Translations under genes and position numbers: made by a program
Part shown: positions 54,299-64,000 of the stretch, piece after piece
Position numbering within the stretch: the stretch's first letter is position 1
How the letters are laid out: each line of letters begins with the position of its first letter
NCBI GenBank assembly: GCA_951406725.2
Contig: OX597834.1
Location: forward strand, 36,332,001-36,396,000
Length of the DNA: 64,000 bases
Source of the DNA: Octopus vulgaris
Taxonomy: Eukaryota
Direction: 5' to 3'
Notes under the pieces: generated by a model
Databases searched by the model: none
Seen by the model: the letters and a program-made list of their open reading frames with translations, nothing else
What the model was told of the DNA's origin: nothing

Positions 54299-55075
54299 GT
54301 GAGTGAAATCTATTCTACCTACATTTTTCGGCTTTCAGAAATAAACGTTGGGCAACGGACGGGTTGGATAAGATATTTTTCCTGTTTTTCTAATCATTTT
54401 CTTTTGCTTGTTTCAGACATTCGACAGCGGTCATACTGGAGCACCACCTCGAAGGGCTTAGTCGAATAAATCGACACTTTTTTTTTGTTGTTTTTAGCCT
54501 GGTACTTTTTCTATCGTTCTCTATTTACTAAACCGCTACTTTACAGGGACTTAAGCAAATCAACACCGGCTGTCAAGCAGTGGCGATGGACAAACGTAAA
54601 TACACACACACACACACGCACAGACACACACGCATTATAAACTAAGGTAATTTTCCTGTTGGACAAATTTTTACTTCTTAAGCATAAGAAAGATATATTA
54701 AAGGGAAGCTACTCTCCAAATCGCGTTTAAAGGGAAGAGACTACTACACACATAAGCATGTTAGACACAAGTCCGCACACAGGCATACAATAATCACACA
54801 ACTGCCACCACCACAACAACAACAACAGCAACAGTCACTACTGCTACCACTACACACCACTGTCATCAACAGCAGCACAACCACCACCACCACCATCACT
54901 GCCGCAGCCATTTAGCCAATCAAATTGGAAGACAAATTTTAGCCGTTCAAAAATAGGAAAAAAAAAAACCCTATTAATTTTACTTAAACATTTATAAATT
55001 GGGATCAGTCGTTTTCGTCGCTCAATCTGCGACCTGGTCACTCTTCAACAAAATATAAATTGGTATATATAATAA

Positions 55076-55479
55076 GGCGGCGAGCTGGCAGAAACGTTAG
55101 CACGCCGGGCGAAATGCTTAGCGGTATTTCGTCTGCGTTACGTTGTGAGTTCAAATTCCGCCGAGGTCGACTTTGCCTTTCATCCTTTCGGGGTCGATAA
55201 ATTAAGTACTAGTTACGCACTAGGGTCGATGTAATCGACTTAATACCTATGTCTGTCCTTGTTTGTCCCCTCTGTGTTAGCCCCTTGTGGGTAATAAAGA
55301 AATAGGTATTTCGCTTGTCGTTACGTTGTGAGTTCAAATTCCGCCGAGGTCGACTTTGCCTTTCATCCTTTCGGGGTCGATAAATTAAGTACCATGTAAT
55401 CGATGTAATCGACTTAATACCTATGTCTGTCCTTGTTTGTCCCCTCTGTGTTTAGCCCCTTGTGGGTAATAAAGAAATA
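55076..55479 (+). mobile_element. SINE family B dimer
   Basis: TSD GGTATATATAA at 55062-55072 and 55480-55490. Monomers at 27211-27447 (-) and 33242-33461 (+); alternative-tail relatives at about 37825-38200 (-), 44342-44562, 51302-51520, 52955-53125, 60125-60285 (+). Confidence 0.9.
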
Positions 55480-55719
55480 GGTATATATAACTGATTTGTG
55501 CAGTTAAAAGTAATGAAATTATGAATGGATATGTCCGATTTCCGCAGTAATAAAAGCTAATATCTGCTTCTCCATGCCGGCATGGGTTCGGACAAGAAGT
55601 TATCTAAAACTATGTTTTTACAGCTGGGTAACCTTCCTAACTACAATCATGTAGACAGCGCTCGTTTGTTTAACTCTTTAAACTATGAAATTAAAATTCA
55701 TGTTCGTTTTTATATCAGA

Positions 55720-56080
55720 CTAGCACTATGATCCGGCAACGCCGGGTCATAGTGCTAGTGCATGCATACACAGCTGCGTGCGTGCGCACATACACGCGAG
55801 TACTGTCCAAATCTCCGACCAATCACATACAGCTAGCTGGCATTCAATTGGCGTATCAAGTTTCATGCCTTTTGATTGGGTTTTGGATAGAAAATTCACA
55901 AAAAAGTCACTTCTATTGATTTTTTTAATGGCTTTGCTGGGTGACTGGGGAAATGTAAAGATGTGCACGACCACCCTTGGACGGTTTTGAATAACCATAG
56001 AAAGTGCGAGCCCTCTAACTGAAAAATTGTGGATTTGTATAAAGGATACACACACATTTTGCCGTTTATATATATATAGA
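55720..56080 (-). mobile_element. Non-autonomous Helitron (second family)
   Basis: 5' TCTATATATATAAACGGC at 56080; 3' hairpin CCCGGCGTTGCCGG plus GCTAG at 55720; A^T insertion site. Confidence 0.75.
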
Positions 56081-56495
56081 TTCTTTATGTGAACTCGTGT
56101 CTTGAAACAAATTTTATGTCTAGGGAGAGTCATTATACCAATATAGTTAATACGCGTGCTGGTTCAGTTCCACTCCTTTATTATTAGTTAATCGGTTAAA
56201 TATCCAACTAACCAATCTATTGTTTAATTTGTTTTGTTTTTGTTTGTCAAAGCCTTTTCGTTGCTACTTGCAACCTTTCCTATAACGGACTTAGTCAAAA
56301 GTCATTGAAAAGGTTGCAAGAAGCAACGAAAAGGCTTTGACAAACAAACAAACAAACAAAGACACAAATTAAACAATCGATTAGTCAGTTGGCTATTTAA
56401 CCAACCAATGAATAATACAGGAGCAGAATTGAGCCAGTGCGTGTGTTAATTATATTGGCAATGTGACGCAACTAACTCCCTAGACACAATTAAAT
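56081..56495. repeat. Fold-back element (~190-bp diverged arms, centre ~56292)
   Basis: TGTCTAGGGAG... / ...CTCCCTAGACAC; arms pair along their length. Confidence 0.8.
56301..56341 (+). ncRNA. Candidate hammerhead ribozyme variant (U3-A8) inside a fold-back element
   Basis: GTCA-TTGAAAA-G-GTTGC(AAGAA)GCAAC-GAA-AAGGCT-T-TGAC; stems I and II fully paired. Confidence 0.5.
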
Positions 56496-57484
56496 TTCGT
56501 GGTTATTCCAGGAATGATGTTAAACATCTACTGAAAATAGAATTGTCATTTTCTTTAACTCACATTGCCTCAATATACTCAAAATAGCTCAACGAAGTTA
56601 CTTTCAAACATGATATTTCTCTACAAAAGACAGACCAATACATAAAACTGCTTCCTACGGTTAGGGGTAATGAAATTTGGAGTAGATTTCTGCAGTGAAA
56701 GGGTTAAACTACTAGGGCCAATTTGTACTTGTATTTCTCTCTGTAGTCCTTGTTATTAATAATTAATCGCCTGTTAATTAAGACAAGCCCAACTACAATT
56801 TATATTTATACACTTTTCCTTTCTCTCACATCCCAATATCCCTGTTTCTGGCAACAGTCAATGCCCATTAATAATTTACCAATTCAGGTACAACAACCCA
56901 TCACCACCACCACCACCACCACCACCATTATCATCATCATCATCATCATCATTATCATCCTTATCATTTAACGTCCGTTTTTCCATGCTGGCATGGGTTG
57001 GACAGTTTGGCTGGGAGCCAATCTGGAAGGCTGTACCAGGCTCCAATTATCTTTTTTGGCACGGTTTCTCCAGCAGGATGCCCTTCCTAATGCCAACCAC
57101 TTTATGAAGTGTGCTATTTACGTGGCACCAGCATGGGTGCTTTTTATGTGATGCCAACATGATTGCTTTTTATGTGACGCCAGCCTAGATTCTTCGTACA
57201 AGTGCTTTTTCATGTAGCACCAGCACAGGGGCTTTTTACCTGGCACTTCCTTCGGAGTTTTTTTTATGTGGAGCCATCATGGATGATTCTTACATGGGAC
57301 CAGCGTGACAGCTTTATGCGTGGCAATGGTATGGATGCTTTTTATGTGACTCCGGCACAGGAGCCTTTTATGTGGCGCCCATGTCATATAATCCTCCACA
57401 TCAATCATCACTCATATATCAAAACCACTCATTTATTCTCTCACTCTCACTCTTTCTCTTTCTTTTTTCGTATCTCTCCCTTAG

Positions 57485-57716
57485 ATTCGAACCAGTGAAT
57501 TCTTGGTCGCCTTCGGTCCATGCCATCATAAGAAATACAAAGAAACAACCTACCAAGAGACCAGCATCTCTGACATCATTGATTACAATGAGTCTCTAAG
57601 ACATTCCATCGAGGTGGGAGATTGTGTGCTGGCGCCTGGCCCACCACCACAGAACACATCCAGGTTTTCATGTGGCCGAGTGTTGGAAGGCCAAGAAGCG
57701 AGACAAACCGATCTGA
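57485..57716 (+). CDS. VWA + DUF4537 gene, coding exon 2
   Basis: Polypyrimidine tract + TTAG acceptor; IRTSEFLVAFGPCHHKKYKETTYQETSISDIIDYNESLRHSIEVGDCVLAPGPPPQNTSRFSCGRVLEGQEARQTDL; donor GTAAGA, phase 1. Confidence 0.88.
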
Positions 57717-58534
57717 GTAAGAAAAAGTTTGTCCTTTATTGATGATGATGATGATGAAGTGGTGATGGTGGCGGCGGTGGTAGTGGTGGTGGCAGTGGTG
57801 GTGGTGGTAGTTGCGATGGTGGTGGAGATGGTGTTGGCGGCGGTGGCAGTGGCAGTGATGGTGGTGGTGGTGGTGTTTGTGCTGCTGCTGATGACAGTGG
57901 TGTGTAGTGATAGCAGTAGTGATTGTTGTTGTTGTTGTTGTTGTAGTGGTGGTGGTGGTGGTTGTGGTGGTAGTTTGATTATTGTATGCCTGTGTGCAGA
58001 CTTGTGTCTATATGCTTATGTGTGTAGTTGTGTGTGTGTGTGTGTAAGTTCAAATGTGAATATGTATGTGTTTGTGTTCACTTTCACTTATGCATATGTG
58101 TGCATTTGAATGTGCATCAGTGTGTGTGTGCATGCGTGTTGTGATCTGCACATGTATGTATGTGTATGTATGTGTGTGTGTATTGTACATGTTCACATAT
58201 ATTTGCATGTGCATTTGTGTGTGTGTAGTTTGGATGTATGTGTGTATATTGTACATGCTCACATATATATTCACATGTGTGTGTGTGTAGTTTGCGTGTA
58301 TGATTGTGTGTAGGAGAGAAGAGACAGTGTGTCAGCATATATGTGTTTGTGCGTGTGTGTGTGTTTGGGTGTATATTAACACATATGTTTGCATATATGA
58401 GTGTTAATGTGTGTGTATGTGTGTGAGAGAGAAAAGGATCACGCACATGCGCATGTCTGTGTGTCTTTATATATGTAAGACTTATCACTATAGAACTTCA
58501 ACACCATAAAACCTCATCTTAATTTCTCTTCCAG

Positions 58535-59428
58535 AATACAAGGATGTCAATCTTGTCGTCTCATTTGAAAATGGAACAACTTCCAGAATTCCCAGAAATG
58601 CTGCCATTTGGATCCCTCAAAACGCCTTTGACCACATCAAGTTAAAAGTTCATCAGCCTCGTTCTTTGAAACAAGAACCATATTACAAAAGTCAAACAGA
58701 AATGCCTGAATTTTTCCCTTTAGAACCAAGAATTTGGGCCCCTAGTTTGAGACTGAAGGATTACCATCCAATGGCATTACCCCCTTACGTTCCAATGGCT
58801 CCCCTGGTATATAATATGGCAGCAGTCAATCCTTATGGTATTCCTTATTTAACCCGGCCAACCTGGTACCCAAAATACCAAACCCTTACACCCAAATATT
58901 CCGTCAGTGCCAAAGACCTTCCGCCAGAGAAAGTTGCTCCTGTCAGTAAATTATGCATCAAAGAACTCGATGATAAAGTTCAGTCTGTGGAAGATGAACC
59001 AAAAGACATCCCAGAGACTGAAAAAGAGATGCCAAATATTGGCGATGAACAACAGAAGGAACTCTTGGCAGAAGTGTACCAACCAATACTTTGTGAAACT
59101 GGAAAAACCAAGGATGAGTCTGTCGAAGACTTCAAAGATGGCTCTTCACATCTGCCTTACACCTCAGAGAATTTACCAGACTTAGGTTTCTATGATGATA
59201 ATGGATTGGAAGAATTATATCAAACAGATACAAAAGATGAAGGAGTGAATGCAGAATGCTTAAAATTCCCGAGCAAACCTACAAACCCTGGAAGACCAAT
59301 GTGGAAATACTGGGCCAAAAACTCAACCAGAAGCCTAAATGTATCAAGGAGAAATATGAGTCCATTCCAAGAGACAACTCAAGTTGTTCCGTTTGAATTA
59401 CGAGACAAAAACAGGAGTTTATATGAAG
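58535..59428 (+). CDS. VWA + DUF4537 gene, coding exon 3
   Basis: Acceptor TTTCTCTTCCAG, phase-compatible; (K)YKDVNLVVSFENGTTSRIPRNAAIWIPQNAFDHIKLK (end of DUF4537-like domain), then a Pro-rich/acidic region; donor G|GTAAAT, phase 1. Confidence 0.87.
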
Positions 59429-59526
59429 GTAAATTTGTATTGATTAATTTTAGGCTTTCAGTTTTCTCTCATAAAGGATGAAAGGAGGCATTTGTGTGGT
59501 TATTATGGTGCCAGACTGTAAACTCA

Positions 59527-60006
59527 TTAACCCTGTGGTTACTGTATTTATTTTGAGATGCTCTGTGTTTCTTTCAATTACTTAAACTATAATAAATAAT
59601 TTAGTAAAATGAATTAGTTATCATTTAATTAGTGTTAGGAACATAAATTGTGATTAAGGTTTGGTGGAAGATTTTAATTCAAAACTTATGAAAACATGAC
59701 ATTTGTACTACAGAACCAGAGGCGGTTTCAGCCAGGTTGATATCAAAACGGTTAAGAATTGTTTCTCTATTATATACTTTAACCCTTTCATTACTGTATT
59801 TATTTTGAGATGCTCTTAGTTTCTTTCAATTACTTAAAATATAACAAAGAATTTAGTAAAATAACTTAGTTATCATTCAGCTAGTGTTAGGAACATAAAT
59901 TGTGACTAAGGTTTGGTGGAAGATTTTAATTCAAAACTTTTGAAAACAAGACATTTGTATTCAGAGCCAAAGCTGGTTTCAGCCGGGTTGGTATCGAAAG
60001 GGTTAA
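59527..60006. mobile_element. Two adjacent copies of a piggyBac-like (TTAA) MITE
   Basis: Copies 59527-59755 and 59779-60006, each TTAA-CCCT...(A/C)GG(G)-TTAA, with highly similar ~220-bp internal sequence. Confidence 0.8.
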
Positions 60007-60719
60007 GGCACTAACTTAACAGCTTGTAAGAATATTAGTTAATTAACTGGTTAGAAGTGGTTATTAACTGGTTAGAACAGCTTGTGGAGATATCAGTACT
60101 AAAAGAATGTTTTCTGAATCTTTGCATTCTGAGTTCAAATTCTGTTGAGGTAAGCTTTGCCTTTCATCCTTTCAGGATCAATAAATTAAATACCAGTTAT
60201 GCACTGGGGTCGATGTAACTGACTAGTCCCCTCCCTGCAAATTTCAGACCTTGAGCTTATAGTAAAAAGTATTGTTATTATTATCAGTGAGTGAGGGAGC
60301 AGCACATGTCATCAAAGTGAAACTGGGGTACAAATATACAAAGCGCAATATACCCTTCATGACTACCTGTCAGATAAGGGTACACCTCGCACATGCATTA
60401 CAAGCATATGTGCATGACATAGTGATCTCATATCAAGATTAACAGCACATTATCTTGCAGGTGGGGCTCAGTTAGAATTTTCTTTGGGTCAAGTAGCCCA
60501 TTCTGCTCAAAAGGTCCCTGAATAAGGTTTGCTTACAGGTGATGAACAAAACACCCGTGTTGCCAGAGGTGAATTATTCAAACTCCAAAGAATTCCTCTC
60601 AGCACATGGCTACGATGCTCCCCAAAATTGCAGGCCTTGTGCCTATAGTAGAAAAGATTATTGGAAAAGTCAGCAGTGCATGCTGTTAAAGCAACACTCT
60701 AAACATATATACTCATAGT

Positions 60720-61110
60720 AACACATACACATACATCTGTATACACGCACATACATCTGTATACACACACATACGTCTGTACACACACACATACATCTGT
60801 AGACACACACATACATCTGTAGACACACACATACATCTGTAGTCACACACATACACCTGTATACACACACATACACCTGTATATACATACATGCATCTGT
60901 AGACATACACATACATCTGTAGACACATGCATACACCTGTAGACACACAAATACATCTGCATTCACACAAATACATCTGTAGACACACAAATACATCTGT
61001 ATACACACACATACATCTGTAGACACACAAATACACTTGTATACACACACATACATCTGTAGACACACACATACACCTGTAGACACATACACACGCTCAT
61101 ACACCTGTAC
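60720..61110. repeat. 20-bp minisatellite (ACACACACATACATCTGTAG)n, ~19 copies
   Basis: Direct reading of the sequence. Confidence 0.95.
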
Positions 61111-61252
61111 TTTTACATCAGTATAATCTCAGTAGTTGTCTTGAAAGAATAACTCAGCTGACACCAAAAGATTTAAAAGACTGAACCTTATCTCTTTATT
61201 TCTTCTTATACATTGCTATATGGAATCGCTATTTCTTTCTGTGTCTCTACAG

Positions 61253-61442
61253 ACTATTCCTCAAACTCGGCCTTTCACTACGTCGACAGATTTTCAAAAC
61301 ATACACAAAACGACTGTGTAGCAACATTGTTAAAGACACCAAAACCACCTTCTGTCGCTCCACCAGCCCAGCAAGAACGAAATCAAATACGAACACCAAA
61401 CAACTGCAGAAACTGTCAGGAAAATTCTTGTCAAAAGGAACG
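61253..61442 (+). CDS. VWA + DUF4537 gene, coding exon 4
   Basis: Acceptor TTTCTTTCTGTGTCTCTACAG; (D)YSSNSAFHYVDRFSKHTQNDCVATLLKTPKPP...QKE; donor CG|GTAATG, phase 2; frame-consistent with both neighbours. Confidence 0.78.
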
Positions 61443-61607
61443 GTAATGTCAAACAAGTTCATTTAATTTCTGCTTATACATACATACACAACCCCTACAT
61501 GCATACATACATACACACCCCTACATGCATACATACACACCCCTACATACATACATACATACACACCCCTACATACATACATACATACACACCCCTACAT
61601 GCATACA

Positions 61608-61639
<32 letters not shown>

Positions 61640-61879
61640 GACCCCTACATGCATACATACATACATACACACCCCTACATACATACATACATACATACAT
61701 ACATACATACATACACACCCCTACATACATACATACATACACACCCCTACATACATACATACATACATACACACTCCTACATACATACATACGTACATAC
61801 ATACATACACACCCCTACATGCATACATACATACATATACACCCCTACATACATACATACCCCTACATGCATACATACA

Positions 61880-62126
61880 TTGCAAGTAATATGTCTGGTG
61901 ACATAAGATATCTCAAAATGAGATAAGATAATTAAGACAATTAATGCTTACAGATCCAATCCATAAACCGGAACTGTGAACTGCAACATAAAATGCAGGT
62001 TTATCATTTAAATATATACAAACATGTCTAGATATGTAACTATATGCATGAGTGAGACATACATTAAAAAAACATACAAATCTGCTCATATACATACATA
62101 CATTCATACATACATACATACATACA

Positions 62127-62159
<33 letters not shown>

Positions 62160-62390
62160 CCATACATACATACATACATACATACATACATACATACATA
62201 CATACATACATACATACATACATACATACTACATACATACATACATACATACATTCATGCATACAAAAATTGCAAGTAATATGTCTGGTGACATAAGATA
62301 TCTGATGAGATAAGATAATTAAGATACAATTAATGCTTAGATTGACTTCCTGCCTAAATCCCACCTTGAACTGCAACATAAAATGCAGGG
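61880..62390 (+). repeat. Local direct duplication (~125-bp unique block after (TACA)n) in an intron
   Basis: TTGCAAGTAATATGTCTGGTGACATAAGATATCT...GAACTGCAACATAAAATGCAGG at 61880-62000 and 62270-62390. Similar local duplications at 37265-37420/37674-37820 and about 11015-11282/11470-11732. Confidence 0.85.
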
Positions 62391-62449
62391 ATGTTATATA
62401 TGTCAAAATGAAGAGTGGCTATATGTAGTGTGTGTGTATATATGTGTAT

Positions 62450-62545
<96 letters not shown>

Positions 62546-63186
62546 CTTTCTCTCTTTCTTTTACTTGTTTCAGTCATTTGACTGCGGCCATGCTGGAGCA
62601 CCGCCTTTAGTTGAGCAAATCGACCCCAGGACTTAGTCTTTGTAAGCCTAGTACTTATTCTATCGGTCTCTTTTGCCGAACCGCTAAGTTACGGTGACGT
62701 AAACACACCAGCATCGGTTGTCAAGTGATGTTGCGGGGACAAACACAGACACACAAGCATATACACTCACATGTATATATATATATACATATATACGATG
62801 GGCTTCTTTCAGTTTCTGTCTACCAAATCCACTCACAAATCTTTGGTCGGCCCGAGGCTATATATATATATATATATATATCACGTGATCACGTAACCAA
62901 CCAGACCATCAGATGTTGTTACACATCGCTGGTCACAATGCGCTTTACATTGTTTTAGTCTTCGAATGACGCCACCCTGCTGGCTAAGCGAGCAGGCCAA
63001 CAGAAGAAAGAGTGGGAGAAAGTTGTGGCGAAAGAGTACAGCAGGGATCACCACCCCCTGCCGGAGCGTCGTGGAGCTTTTAGGTGGTGTTTTCGCTCAA
63101 TAAACACTCACAACGCCCGGTCTGGGAATTGAAACCATGATCCTGCGACCGCGAGTCTGCTGCCCTACCACTGGGCCATTGCGCCT

Positions 63187-63272
<86 letters not shown>

Positions 63273-63350
63273 TTATATATTTATCTATATGTAAAACCTA
63301 TGCGTTTTATTGCACCCTCTATAATTGTTGCACCAATTACTTTCCTTCAG

Positions 63351-63652
63351 TGCAAAACCCTCAAAGATGCTTGCAGTGAGACACGGAACGACAGAGGAGC
63401 AAAAGAAGAGATTCAAATCTGGGAGAAGGCACAATCGAGAGAGGGTCTTACAGGACATAATACATGAAACCAATGCCGACTTGAACGGACAGGAACAGAT
63501 TGATGTGACCCACGCAGCTAAGAGAGCACTGAATGCAGAAATATCACAGGCAGTGACTGAATACCACCAACAACAACAACACCAACAACAACAAAGAATG
63601 TTACTAAAATGTAAAGGAAATGTGCGGGTGAAACCAGCATCGGTCCGGTTTA

Positions 63653-63691
<39 letters not shown>

Positions 63692-63810
63692 GTATTAATA
63701 AAAGTATTAATTATCGACAGGAAGTGAAGGGGGTTGATTGTGTTGATAAAAGGCGACAAGGATATGGTGGAATCAGTGTGGCCCCTTTAAATGAAGACCA
63801 GAAGAAACAG
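63351..63810 (+). CDS. VWA + DUF4537 gene, coding exon 5 (poly-Q and poly-N; gene probably continues)
   Basis: Acceptor TTTCCTTCAG, phase 2 compatible; AKPSKMLAVRHGTTEEQKKRFK...PLNEDQKKQ; candidate donor CAG|GTGAAT. Alternatively the frame ends at the stop at 63822. Confidence 0.72.
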
Positions 63811-64000
63811 GTGAATATATAATGTTTTTATTTATTTTTGTGTTTGCTTTTGTTTGGTTCTTTTATTTTTTACTTGTTCAAGTCAGTTGAGTGTGGCCAT
63901 GCTGGAGTAACTGTCTTGAAAGAGTTTTATTTGAACAAACAAGGTGCAGGAGTGGCTGTGTGGTAAGTAGCTTGCTAACCAATCACATGGTTCTGGGTTC

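Noticed and set aside
54299-54469. C-terminal part of the 364-aa ORF (and 59429-59481 of the 271-aa ORF)
   Set aside because: Read-through beyond consensus splice donors into intron and SINE sequence.

Overview
AT-rich, extremely microsatellite-dense eukaryotic genomic DNA; the SINE families and repeat landscape look like an octopus (cephalopod) genome, which is an inference. Almost all ORFs in the supplied track are microsatellite or SINE artefacts. Two spliced genes can be rebuilt by hand with consistent GT-AG phases. The first is NDUFB2 (complex I AGGG subunit, 98 aa, 3 exons, minus strand, 38929-47198). The second, head-to-head with it, is a VWA + DUF4537 (VWA3B/C11orf16-like) gene on the plus strand with at least 5 coding exons (53375-63810, about 900 codons, probably continuing past the window). 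The rest is layered mobile DNA: several tRNA-derived SINE families, mariner/Tc1, hAT, piggyBac-like and unclassified MITEs, non-autonomous Helitrons, RLE-LINE remnants, a 5S rRNA fragment and a tRNA pseudogene. Two observations stand out. (1) A dispersed set of short elements, many embedded in (TA)n or folded back on themselves, carries minimal type-I hammerhead-ribozyme folds including a U3-A8 covariant core, consistent with Penelope-like or retrozyme-like retroelements. (2) One SINE family has target-site duplications starting with GGTA, a motif also present inside the SINE, and forms single-head concatemers, suggesting self-targeted insertion.
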